Part shown: positions 8,816-18,018 of the stretch, one piece after another
Numbering within the stretch: position 1 is the stretch's first letter
Layout of the letters: every line of letters begins with the position of its first letter
Assembly (NCBI GenBank): GCA_965248445.1
Contig: CBDFJG010000002.1
Span: 384,001 to 448,000, forward strand
DNA length: 64,000 bases
Direction of reading: 5' to 3'
DNA from: Planctomycetota bacterium
Lineage (GTDB): Bacteria; Planctomycetota; JAJSAM01; JAJVHW01
Position numbers and translations under genes: made by a program
Notes under the pieces: generated by a model
The model's database searches: none
Told to the model about the DNA's origin: nothing
The model's input: the letters and a program-made list of their open reading frames with translations, nothing else

Positions 8816-11800
8816 CTACGCGACTCGCGTGGGGGACTCGCCGCCGCTCGGGTCGTCGTCTCCGAACTCGCGCTTCCACGCCGCCATGATCTCGCGGTTC
8901 CGGCGGAGGTTCGTGAGCATCGAGGTGCGCGTCTTCTCATCGACGTGCGCCACCCACTCGTCGAGCAGGCGCTTGGCTTCTTCGAGATGCGCGCGGTCGC
9001 CGGTCGCCTTCCAGAGGATGCGGCGGGCTTCGCGGCGCTCCTCGGGGTCGAGCCGCTCGTCGTGCTCGGCGAAGGCCGCGAGCGCGTCTGCGGCGTCTCC
9101 GCCGGGGAGGCACGCCAGTTCGCAGCGCGCGTGCGTCTCGCAGCCGGGGAGACTGACCTGCGCCGCGACATCCCGCGCCACGGCGAACGCCTCGCGCGCC
9201 CCGGCCTCGTCCCCCGCCGCGGCGCGCAGAGACCCGAGGGCCCCGCGCGTCACGGCCGCCAGGCGCCGGTCCCCGATCTCCTCGAGCACCGCGAGGCAGG
9301 CGAGCAATCGCTCCTCCGCGAGCGTCGGCTCTCCCGCCTCGCGCAGCAACTCGCCCAGGTTGTGCTGCGAGAGCGCCTCGCCGGTTCGGTCCCCGGCTTC
9401 GCAGCTGAGCGCGAGACACCGCTCGAACTGCGCACGCGCCTGAGCGAGGCGACCGCTGGCCAGGAAGACGATTCCCAGGTTCCCCAACGCGGAGATCTCC
9501 CGCGGTTGGTCTCCCATCTCACAGGCGAGCGCGCGCCGCCGCTCGAAGCGTGCCTCGGCCTCGGCGAGGCGCCCCTGGCTCAGGAAGACATGACCCAGGT
9601 TCCCCGTGGCGTTGGCCTCGTACTCCCGATGCCCGAGCTCGCCGCAGAGCGCGGCACCGCGCTCGTAGTGCTCCCTGGCCTCGTCGAGGCGGCCGTCGAC
9701 AAGGAGGACGTTCCCCAGATTCACCGTGGCGGCAGCCTCGCCGATCCGGTCACCGATCTCGCGGCGGAGCGCGAGACACCGCTCGTGGTGTTCCGTGGCC
9801 TCCGCGAGGCGGCCCTCCAGCTGCGAGACGGAGCCCAGGCCCCCCCTGGCGCGAGCCTCGCCGTCCGGATCACCGATCTGGCGGCTGAGCGCCAGGTCCC
9901 GCTCGTGATGCTCCCTGGCCTCCGCCAAGCGGCCATGGAACACCGACACGACCCCCAGATTGCTCCTCGCGTTGGCCTCGGCCATCCGGTCTCCGCACGC
10001 GATCGCGAACTCGAGCGTGCGGCGGCAGGCCGCCTCCGCCTCCCCGTGTCGTCCTGTCTGGCGGAGCACTTTGCCGAGCGCGTTGGCCGCCTCACCGCGG
10101 AGTCCGTCGTAGACCCCTTCCGCCGCCAGGCGCCCGGCCTCCCGCGCGCACTCCTCCTGACGCGCGCGGCGGCCCATCGTGTCCAGAGCGGCGGCGACTC
10201 GCAGCAGGGTCTTCGCACGCTCGCTGCCCGTGAGCAGACCGGGAACGGCAAGTGCGCGCTCGGTCAGCGCCACCACCTCTCCATGCACGTAGCCCTTGGC
10301 GAGGTGTGACCGCGCAGCAGGGAGGTAGCGCAGCGCCGACTCGCCTCGTGCGCCCTTCAGGTAGTGCCGACAGAGGTCGACGCACAGCGCGCCGTCGAGT
10401 GACGCGGGGTCCGTGTCCGCTGCCCCGGTACGGGTCTCGAGTGCCTCGGCGAGCGCTGCGTGGTACTCCTCGCGCAGCTGTTCGAGGAGACTGCCATAGA
10501 GCGCTTCCTGTACTTGGTGATGGTCGAACACCATCTTGCGACCCGCTGCACGAACCAGACGGTGCGCGCGTTCCAGTTGGCCGAACCGCTTCAGCGTCGG
10601 GATACGCCCGAGTCCGAGCACGTCGGCGATCAGTGCGGGGTCGAACTCGAACCCCCAGCAGGATGCCACATCCAGCAGATCGCGCTCTTCTTCGCTGAGA
10701 TCCGCGACACGCGCGTTTACCAGGTCCAGTACCGACGACGGGATCTGGATGTCGTCGATGACCTGCGTTCCGACCCAGCTGCCGTCTTTGAGTTGCGTGA
10801 TGAACTGCCCTTCGCGCAAGCCGCGGAGGATCTCGAAGACGAAGAACGGGTTTCCGTCGGACTTGACCGCAATCCGGTTGCCGAGTTCGCGCGCCAGTTG
10901 TTCGGACTGGAGCGTGTCCTCGAGCAACTGCACCAAGTCCTTCGGGCCGAGGCGGTTGAGCGCAACGTGGCTCGTCTGATCCAGCCGTGTGAGACCGGAC
11001 GTCCAGTCGTCGGAGACGCCGGGCCGTGTCGTGCCGATCAACAGCACGCGGTGCCCCGGCGCTGCCATCGCGAGCGACGTGAACAGCGCGCGGCCCTCGT
11101 CGGGGGCGAAGTGCAGGTCGTCGATCAGCACAACGGTCTGGCGTTCGGCGCCTAGTGCGCGGGTGGCGTTGACGAAGCAGGTCTGGAGCGAGTCCTTGGT
11201 GAGCGTCTCCTCGCCCTTCGGCGGCGGCTCACCGCGAAGCAGCGCGTCGAAGGCCGGCACGAGGACCGGCGTCGCCGTGAGGTACTCCGCACAGCCGTCC
11301 GCGCCGAACTGCTCGCGATACGCCGTCGAGAACCCGCCCGCCGCCGTGGCGGCTCCGCCCGGGGGGTAGCTTCCGAACAGGAAGTTGATGTCCTCCCCGT
11401 CCCGCTGCATCCGGCCGATCAACTCGTCGATGAGGCGGGACTTGCCGATGCCGGCCTCGCCCTCGATCAGCACGACGTTGCCGTCGCCGGACTTCGCTGC
11501 GTCGTAGAGCGCGCGGAGCTTCTTGAGTTCGTCCTCGCGGCCGTAGACCGCCGTCTCCCGCGGGATGCGGACACGGCGCAGCGGGCGCTTGGTAAGCGTG
11601 CGGATCATCGACGCGCGGCGACGCCACCACGCGGAGTCCTCGCCGGAGTCGAGCACGGCTCGCAGCGCCTCGGCGTCGGCGAACCGCCCCTCGCGGTCCT
11701 TGGCGAGCAGGCAGTGCACGACCTCCTCGAAGAACGCGGAGAGCTGGGGATTGATCTCCCCGAGCTTGCGCGGCTCCTCGTGCAGCACGCGCCGGACGAC

Positions 11801-12448
11801 CTGCGGGATCTCGTCGGCGTAGTAGGGGCTGACGCCGGACGCGAGTTCGTAGAGCACGAGTCCGAGCGCGTGCAGGTCGGCGCGGCCGTCGAGTCCTTTG
11901 CCGCCGCCCTGGAACTGCTCGGGTGCCGCGTAGTGCAGCGACCCAACGAACATCCCCGTCTGCGAGAGCCGCAGCGCGTCGTCCGTCGAGCGCGCGACGC
12001 CCAGATCCATGATCTTGACGACGTAGTCGGGCGTGATGAGGACGTTCTCGGGCTTCATGTCGCGGTGGATCGCACCGGCCGCGTGGATTGCCGCCAGCCC
12101 ACTGCTCACCTCGTGCCCAATGTGACGGCAGAGCTCCTCTGGCACGCGCTCGAGTTCGACGAGCAGTTCCGCGAGCGTCTGCCCTTCGACGTACTCCATC
12201 GCGAGGTAGTGCTGCCCGTCGATCTCCCCGCCGTCGAACGTGCTCACGACGTTCGGGTGCCGGACCGTCTTGCCGATCTCGACCTCGCGCCGGAACCGCT
12301 CCGTGGCGTCGCCGCCCGCGAGCAGTCGGTCGTGAACGATCTTGAGTGCGACGACGCCGTCGGGGCCGGTCGCGCGATACACGGTTCCCATCCCGCCCGA
12401 GCCGAGCTCGCGGTCGATCACGTACGGGCCGAGGCGCGTCCCCTCCAC
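8816..12448 (-). CDS. Ser/Thr protein kinase fused to AAA ATPase (STAND-like) and TPR repeats
   Basis: GSGGMG, ALK, HRDMKPEN, DLG, YAAPE; Walker A GEAGIGKS, Walker B VLIDDLH; C-terminal ~40-aa TPRs (NLG.V....GRL.EA..H.ER); GTG start 12448 or 12454. Confidence 0.9.
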   Translation of the reverse strand: MEGTRLGPYVIDRELGSGGMGTVYRATGPDGVVALKIVHDRLLAGGDATERFRREVEIGKTVRHPNVVSTFDGGEIDGQHYLAMEYVEGQTLAELLVELERVPEELCRHIGHEVSSGLAAIHAAGAIHRDMKPENVLITPDYVVKIMDLGVARSTDDALRLSQTGMFVGSLHYAAPEQFQGGGKGLDGRADLHALGLVLYELASGVSPYYADEIPQVVRRVLHEEPRKLGEINPQLSAFFEEVVHCLLAKDREGRFADAEALRAVLDSGEDSAWWRRRASMIRTLTKRPLRRVRIPRETAVYGREDELKKLRALYDAAKSGDGNVVLIEGEAGIGKSRLIDELIGRMQRDGEDINFLFGSYPPGGAATAAGGFSTAYREQFGADGCAEYLTATPVLVPAFDALLRGEPPPKGEETLTKDSLQTCFVNATRALGAERQTVVLIDDLHFAPDEGRALFTSLAMAAPGHRVLLIGTTRPGVSDDWTSGLTRLDQTSHVALNRLGPKDLVQLLEDTLQSEQLARELGNRIAVKSDGNPFFVFEILRGLREGQFITQLKDGSWVGTQVIDDIQIPSSVLDLVNARVADLSEEERDLLDVASCWGFEFDPALIADVLGLGRIPTLKRFGQLERAHRLVRAAGRKMVFDHHQVQEALYGSLLEQLREEYHAALAEALETRTGAADTDPASLDGALCVDLCRHYLKGARGESALRYLPAARSHLAKGYVHGEVVALTERALAVPGLLTGSERAKTLLRVAAALDTMGRRARQEECAREAGRLAAEGVYDGLRGEAANALGKVLRQTGRHGEAEAACRRTLEFAIACGDRMAEANARSNLGVVSVFHGRLAEAREHHERDLALSRQIGDPDGEARARGGLGSVSQLEGRLAEATEHHERCLALRREIGDRIGEAAATVNLGNVLLVDGRLDEAREHYERGAALCGELGHREYEANATGNLGHVFLSQGRLAEAEARFERRRALACEMGDQPREISALGNLGIVFLASGRLAQARAQFERCLALSCEAGDRTGEALSQHNLGELLREAGEPTLAEERLLACLAVLEEIGDRRLAAVTRGALGSLRAAAGDEAGAREAFAVARDVAAQVSLPGCETHARCELACLPGGDAADALAAFAEHDERLDPEERREARRILWKATGDRAHLEEAKRLLDEWVAHVDEKTRTSMLTNLRRNREIMAAWKREFGDDDPSGGESPTRVA

Positions 12449-12498
12449 GCGCACAGGCCGGGACGTGTCAACGACTTTGAGACACCGCGTCTTCGAGT

Positions 12499-13527
12499 TT
12501 AGTGAGCAGCCTCCTGTGTCGCAGTCTCCAGCGCCGCGAGTTCCCGGGCCGGCGGGTTGATCCACGTCTCGGTCGGCAGAGCCGGCGGCGTCGGCGCACG
12601 GCGCACGAAGCGCTCGGGATGCGCCGCGTACGCGGCATCGAGCACGACCGAGCGCGCGGCGACGGCCGCTTCGGCGCGGCCGTAGTGCACGGTCTCGGGC
12701 GTCAGCAGCCCGAGACTCGAGTGACGATGCTCGCGGTTGTACCAGTGGAAAAAGGCGCGGCAGTGCGCCCGCGCGTCCTCGATGCAGCCGAAGCGCGCTG
12801 GGAAGTCCGGCCGGTACTTCAGCGTGCGGAATTGGCTCTCGGAAAACGGATTGTCATTCGACGTGTACGGCCGGCTGTGCGACTTCGTCACGCCGAGATC
12901 GGCGAGCAGAAAGGCCACCGGCTTGCTGATCATCGGCGGCCCCCGATCGGAGTGGATCGTGAGCTGCTCCGCCGCGATCCCCTGCTTCTCGCAGGACTGC
13001 TCGATGAGTGCCGTCGCCAGCGCACCGCTCTCGCAGTCCGCCAGCATCCAGCCCACGACGTTGCGGGAGTAGATGTCGAGCACGACGTAGAGATAGAAGT
13101 AGCTCCACTTCACCGGGCCGCGGAGCTTGGTGATGTCCCAGCTCCAGACCTGGTTCGGGGAGGTCGCGAGGAGCTCGGGCTTCTTGTACGCGGGATGACG
13201 CAGCTGGTTGCGGCGCTCACGCACAGCACCAGCCGCACCGAGGATGCGGTACATCGTGCGCACCGAGCACAGGTAGCGTCCCTCGTCGAGCAGGATCGCC
13301 CACGCCGCAAGCGGTGACAGATCGCAGAAGCGCTCCTCGCTCAGCACCGCGAGTACGGTAAGACGCTCGTCGATCGTGAGGGCGCGCGGCGAGCGCCGGC
13401 GCGGCTGCTGGGGCCGGGGGCACGTGCGTGCCGTTCGGCGCCGATAGAGCGTGGCGCGCGTGACTCCGAGCGCGCGGCACGCGGGGGCGACGCCCACGCG
13501 TCCCCCCAGCTCCTCCGCCGCAATCAC
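12499..13527 (-). CDS. IS3-family transposase OrfB (DDE integrase core)
   Basis: PNQVWSWDIT, VLDIYSRNVVGW, IHSDRG, NDNPFSESQFRTLK, YNREHRHSSLGLLTP; GTG overlaps the orfA stop. Confidence 0.92.
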   Translation of the reverse strand: MIAAEELGGRVGVAPACRALGVTRATLYRRRTARTCPRPQQPRRRSPRALTIDERLTVLAVLSEERFCDLSPLAAWAILLDEGRYLCSVRTMYRILGAAGAVRERRNQLRHPAYKKPELLATSPNQVWSWDITKLRGPVKWSYFYLYVVLDIYSRNVVGWMLADCESGALATALIEQSCEKQGIAAEQLTIHSDRGPPMISKPVAFLLADLGVTKSHSRPYTSNDNPFSESQFRTLKYRPDFPARFGCIEDARAHCRAFFHWYNREHRHSSLGLLTPETVHYGRAEAAVAARSVVLDAAYAAHPERFVRRAPTPPALPTETWINPPARELAALETATQEAAH

Positions 13528-14027
13528 GTGTCGCTCCCGCTCGTCTCGGGCATCTCGATGCCCAGCAGCCGTGAGACTTTTCGCTGCACGTCGATGATCA
13601 CCTCGGCCGTCTCGAGCCGCTTCTCGAGACGGGCGACTTCGCGCTCGAGCTGCTCGTTGCGCTTCTTGAGCGCACGGTCCGGATCGGGCTTGGGACCACG
13701 CCGCTTGGGCGAGAGCGCCTCGAGCTGGCCCTGGTCCCGCGCGCGCCGCCACGTCAACAAGTGCGAGGAGTACAGCCCCTCACGGCGCAAGAGAGCGCCG
13801 ATCTCGCCGGGCTTCGTGCACGCGTCCGCCGCCTCGATGATCCGTAGCTTGTACGCGGCGCCAAAGCGCCGCCGCGAGGCGCGCGGCACGACCTCGGGGT
13901 CGCGCACCCCAACGTCCCCCGGGCCGCGCGCCCCGGGGGAGCCCCCTCCGCCTCGATCGCGCTCGCTATGCTCGCCCTCCCTCGGCTCCGGGATCTCCCC
14001 CGGCGCTGTGTTGTGGTTGTTCGTCAT
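13524..14027 (-). CDS. IS3-family OrfA (HTH plus coiled coil)
   Basis: RRRFGAAYKLRIIEAAD...IGALLRREGLYSSHLLTWR, then coiled coil; GGAGGA RBS before ATG 14027. Confidence 0.88.
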   Translation of the reverse strand: MTNNHNTAPGEIPEPREGEHSERDRGGGGSPGARGPGDVGVRDPEVVPRASRRRFGAAYKLRIIEAADACTKPGEIGALLRREGLYSSHLLTWRRARDQGQLEALSPKRRGPKPDPDRALKKRNEQLEREVARLEKRLETAEVIIDVQRKVSRLLGIEMPETSGSDT

Positions 14028-14098
14028 CGCTGGTTCCTCCACCGCCCTGCACAGTAATCATCCGTGGGGTCGGTGTCTCAGCCACGTTGGCACAGAGG

Positions 14099-14511
14099 GG
14101 GCCGCGGAGCTTGGTGATGTCCCAGCTCCAGACCTGGTTCGGGGAGGTCGCGAGGAGCTCGGGCTTCTTGTACGCGGGATGACGCAGCTGGTTGCGGCGC
14201 TCACGCACAGCACCAGCCGCACCGAGGATGCGGTACATCGTGCGCACCGAGCACAGGTAGCGTCCCTCGTCGAGCAGGATCGCCCACGCCGCAAGCGGTG
14301 ACAGATCGCAGAAGCGCTCCTCGCTCAGCACCGCGAGTACGGTAAGACGCTCGTCGATCGTGAGGGCGCGCGGCGAGCGCCGGCGCGGCTGCTGGGGCCG
14401 GGGGCACGTGCGTGCCGTTCGGCGCCGATAGAGCGTGGCGCGCGTGACTCCGAGCGCGCGGCACGCGGGGGCGACGCCCACGCGTCCCCCCAGCTCCTCC
14501 GCCGCAATCAC
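14099..14511 (-). pseudogene. Truncated IS3 orfB
   Basis: Identical to orfB up to WDITKLRGP, then runs into the IRL of the complete copy. Confidence 0.88.
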
Positions 14512-15011
14512 GTGTCGCTCCCGCTCGTCTCGGGCATCTCGATGCCCAGCAGCCGTGAGACTTTTCGCTGCACGTCGATGATCACCTCGGCCGTCTCGAG
14601 CCGCTTCTCGAGACGGGCGACTTCGCGCTCGAGCTGCTCGTTGCGCTTCTTGAGCGCACGGTCCGGATCGGGCTTGGGACCACGCCGCTTGGGCGAGAGC
14701 GCCTCGAGCTGGCCCTGGTCCCGCGCGCGCCGCCACGTCAACAAGTGCGAGGAGTACAGCCCCTCACGGCGCAAGAGAGCGCCGATCTCGCCGGGCTTCG
14801 TGCACGCGTCCGCCGCCTCGATGATCCGTAGCTTGTACGCGGCGCCAAAGCGCCGCCGCGAGGCGCGCGGCACGACCTCGGGGTCGCGCACCCCAACGTC
14901 CCCCGGGCCGCGCGCCCCGGGGGAGCCCCCTCCGCCTCGATCGCGCTCGCTATGCTCGCCCTCCCTCGGCTCCGGGATCTCCCCCGGCGCTGTGTTGTGG
15001 TTGTTCGTCAT
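14508..15011 (-). CDS. IS3-family OrfA, second identical copy
   Basis: Translation identical to 13524-14027. Confidence 0.88.
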   Translation of the reverse strand: MTNNHNTAPGEIPEPREGEHSERDRGGGGSPGARGPGDVGVRDPEVVPRASRRRFGAAYKLRIIEAADACTKPGEIGALLRREGLYSSHLLTWRRARDQGQLEALSPKRRGPKPDPDRALKKRNEQLEREVARLEKRLETAEVIIDVQRKVSRLLGIEMPETSGSDT

Positions 15012-15083
15012 CGCTGGTTCCTCCACCGCCCTGCACAGTAATCATCCGTGGGGTCGGTGTCTCAGCCACGTTGGCACAGAGGG

Positions 15084-15714
15084 CCCGCTTGAGCAGCTTC
15101 GGCGGGGTCGGCCCGAGGTCGTACAGGCGGAAGTTCGTCGAGTCTGAGTCGGACTGGAACGTCCAGGGCGGGGCCGCGAGGTAACCGCCCGAACGCTCGG
15201 TGTTCAGGGCCAGGATGACGCGAACCTGCACCTGATCCTCGTTACTGTGGGTGCTCTTGTCGCTGAAGCGCGTCTTGGATCCGCTGGCGGGAACCGTCAC
15301 GACGACGCTGTTGGTGAAGCGCATCGGGAGCATGCGGAAGCCGCTACGCAGCGCTTCCCAGGGGTCGTCCTTCAAGCCCTGCGGGAAGACCATGTCGATG
15401 CGCCGGTTGCTGACGGAGAACTTCACCACGTTGGTGCCGAACAGCGTCTCGCCGTCCGGCAGGCGGCGCCCCAAGTTGAAGATGCAGAGCTGCAGGTCGC
15501 GCTCGATCGACGCCGCATCGGCGACCACCCGGCGGTCCCCCTCGTACTGCGTGAACAGCGCCTCGTAGGCCGCGCGGCCCTTCTTCCAGCTGCGCTTGCG
15601 GACGAGCTCGCGACAGCGGTCGAGGTCCGCCGCGAACGTGTCCTTGTCCTGCGCCGCCACCGGCACTGCCGGCAGGAGGATCAGGAGACCGAGGAGCAGC
15701 GCAAGGTTCCGCAC
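15084..15714 (-). pseudogene. Secreted hypothetical protein, 3'-truncated by the IS
   Basis: Signal peptide (RNLALLLGLLILLPAVPVAAQ); frame runs straight into the IS end (..KLLKRA|LCANVAET); remainder not found beyond the IS. Confidence 0.75.
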
Positions 15715-15797
15715 GCCGCGAGCATACGCCATAGCACGCTACACCGGGATGGGAGGAGGGCCACTGGCTGGTCCCCCGGTCGGCGATCGGCGATACT

Positions 15798-17735
15798 GTG
15801 CGCGTGTCTCCCGACGCGCAGCCCTGGCGGTCCAGACACCCTGCCCGCAACCGCGCCGCGCAGGGCGGCGGCGCGGTTGCGGGTCGCACGCTTGTCCTCC
15901 TCGCGGTGCTGGCCGTGCTGGCAACAATCGTCACCCTCGTGCTCGTCGATCGGCCGCGGTCGCACACTGTCGAGCGGGAGACGATCAGCGACACGGAGCC
16001 GCCGCCAACACCGGAGGTCGAGTCACCGACGAGAGACCGGGTGGAGCTGCCGGCGGCGCCCGACGCACCGACGCCTGAGCCGGGTTGCGGTGTCAGCGAC
16101 GATCCGGCCCTGACGTTCAGCGGCCGCTTCGTCATGTCGGACGGCTCGACCCCGCCGTCCGACATCGACTTCTCTCTGGGCCCGATCGACGCCGGCTGGT
16201 TCTCCGAGCACGACGCCACCGACGGCGTGTTCCGCGGAGACGTCGACGAATCCGGTCGCTACCGGATCGACGAGGTCTTCTCCGGCTCCACGCGCCTCCG
16301 TCCAGAGCCGCGGACGATCACCGTCCCCGGAGCACCGGTGGAGGTGACACTCACGCCGGTCCTGCCGACGGTGCTGCACGTCGTGGATGCGGACACCGGG
16401 CTGCCCCTTCCCGGCGCGACCGCGCGCGTGACGGGCGATCACTCCTACTCTGGAGCCGGGTCGTGGTACCCCGACACCGAGACGCTCGCGGGGGCGGCGC
16501 TGACCGCCGATGACGAGGGTCGGATCGCCCTCCGGTACCTCACCGACGAGCAGCGCTGGATGTGCACGGCGCCGGGCTACGCCTGGCGGCGTGTCGTGAT
16601 CGCCCTCGAGGTGGGCGGCGAGCGCCGGGTGGAACTCGCGCACGGCGGCGACCTCCGCCTGCTCATCCCCGGTGCGGCGCGTCTCGATGAGCTTTTCATC
16701 TCGGCGAAGCTGCCCGAGCACGGCTCCGTCGCGCACCTGCCCTTGCCCGACGAGGATGGGCTCGTGGTGCTGGAGCGGCTACCCGCCGGACTGTGCCGCT
16801 TCACGTTGCGCCGCGGCGGGCGGTGGGAAGGCGGCGAGATCTACGGCGAGGGCGCCGTCGAAATCGTTTCGGGTGCGAGCAACACGCTGGTGATCGAGCC
16901 GAATGTCCGCGCGGGCGCCGATCGCTTTGTCGTGACCGGAACTGTGGTGCTCGATCCGGCGTGGGACGCCGCAAGCGGCCCCGATTTCGTGAGCCTCGGG
17001 CGGGTCGGGAGGAAGACGCCGCGTGCCCGCGCGCACGTGCGGCTCGAGCGCGGGTCGGAGCCGAACACATACCGCTTCGCGACCCCGCCGCTCCCCGCGG
17101 GCCGCTACGAGGCAGCGCTACGCGACGTGAGCTGGTGCGGCGACGTGACCGTCTCGCCCGAGTCGCCGGTCGTCCGGATCGTGGTCGGCGCTCCCGTGTC
17201 GCTCGTCGTGCACGTCGTGGACGACGAGTCCGGCGCGGTGCTCCCGGCGGCGGACGTGCTGTGGAGCCCCGTCGTCAACACCGAACGCGGCGGCGCGCAC
17301 GGCCCGCTGCAGCGCAGGAAAGATCGGGGGCCGGCGGCGTTCGGCCGGATGGTCGCGCCCGGTAGAGTCGAGCTGAAAGTCTCGGCCGCCGGCCACAAGA
17401 GTGTGGAACAGGTAGTCGACGTGCCGGAAGACGCGGGTGAGGTCGAAACGACGATCCGGCTGGGAGCCGCAGGAGTCGTCGTCGTCCGGGTCCTGGTCAA
17501 CGGGCGGCCGTACGCGGGGGAGCCGCTCTGGGCCGACGTCGAGACCTCGAGGAACCGCTCGACCTCCAAGAGCACGCGGGACGGGACGGCGCACTTCACG
17601 GGCGTCGCCGTTGGGACGCGCGAGGTCTCGCTCAAGGGGCGCGATCACATCGACCTCGTTCCGCCGCAGATCGTCGAGATCCGCCCGGGCGAGACGACCG
17701 AGGTGGTGTTCGAGATCGGTGAGGAGGGCGACTGA
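15798..17735 (+). CDS. Membrane-anchored protein with carboxypeptidase-regulatory-like (prealbumin-fold) beta-sandwich repeats
   Basis: N-terminal TM; repeats such as VVDADTGLPLPGAT, VVDDESGAVLPAAD, LPAGRYE; start uncertain. Confidence 0.7.
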   Translation: MRVSPDAQPWRSRHPARNRAAQGGGAVAGRTLVLLAVLAVLATIVTLVLVDRPRSHTVERETISDTEPPPTPEVESPTRDRVELPAAPDAPTPEPGCGVSDDPALTFSGRFVMSDGSTPPSDIDFSLGPIDAGWFSEHDATDGVFRGDVDESGRYRIDEVFSGSTRLRPEPRTITVPGAPVEVTLTPVLPTVLHVVDADTGLPLPGATARVTGDHSYSGAGSWYPDTETLAGAALTADDEGRIALRYLTDEQRWMCTAPGYAWRRVVIALEVGGERRVELAHGGDLRLLIPGAARLDELFISAKLPEHGSVAHLPLPDEDGLVVLERLPAGLCRFTLRRGGRWEGGEIYGEGAVEIVSGASNTLVIEPNVRAGADRFVVTGTVVLDPAWDAASGPDFVSLGRVGRKTPRARAHVRLERGSEPNTYRFATPPLPAGRYEAALRDVSWCGDVTVSPESPVVRIVVGAPVSLVVHVVDDESGAVLPAADVLWSPVVNTERGGAHGPLQRRKDRGPAAFGRMVAPGRVELKVSAAGHKSVEQVVDVPEDAGEVETTIRLGAAGVVVVRVLVNGRPYAGEPLWADVETSRNRSTSKSTRDGTAHFTGVAVGTREVSLKGRDHIDLVPPQIVEIRPGETTEVVFEIGEEGD

Positions 17736-17797
17736 CGGTGCGGCCCCTCGAACCGTAGAGCTGGGGACACCCCCAACTACTCGTCGTTGTGACCCGG

Positions 17798-17985
17798 GAA
17801 CACAGAGAACGGTCGCATCTCTCACCGTGCGCCGGATTCACGCTGCGAACACCAAGCCCGTGAGCGGCGTGCGTGATGCGCCCGACCATGAGCACGCGGC
17901 GCGCCAAGAGGGGCGAACGCCTGCGCACGGTGAAGGAATCCACCGTTCTCGGTATTCTCATCACCGTGTCACCGGTCTCGGCATC
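17798..17985. repeat. 34-bp hairpin repeat family, inverted doublet 1 plus half copy
   Basis: Reverse copy 17798-17831; forward copy 17924-17957 CGCACGGTGAAGGAATCCACCGTTCTCGGTATTC; half copy CACCGGTCTCGGCATC 17970-17985. Confidence 0.85.
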
Positions 17986-18018
17986 GGCACGGCGGTTCGA
18001 CTACGATGAGAGCGACGC

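Larger units (their letters stand above)
12466..14092 (-). mobile_element. IS3-family insertion sequence, complete copy
   Basis: Imperfect 21-bp IRs TGTCAACGACTTTGAGACACC (from 12466) and TGCCAACGTGGCTGAGACACC (minus strand from 14092); orfA plus orfB. Confidence 0.88.
14099..15083 (-). repeat. 984-bp tandem duplicate of the IS left part (IRL, orfA, 5' orfB)
   Basis: 14099-15083 repeats 13115-14099 at a 984-bp period; identical ORF translations in the track. Confidence 0.93.

Noticed and set aside
8731..8825. Intact tRNA-Sec gene
   Set aside because: No complementary 5' acceptor strand or D arm; that region overlaps the kinase stop codon.
12449..12565. N-terminal extension of the kinase in the ORF track
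   Set aside because: Read-through from the IS right end (CLKVVDT is the inverted repeat).
13500..13560. Programmed -1 frameshift between IS orfA and orfB
   Set aside because: No A6G/A7-type slippery site seen; the GTGA stop/start overlap suggests translational coupling.
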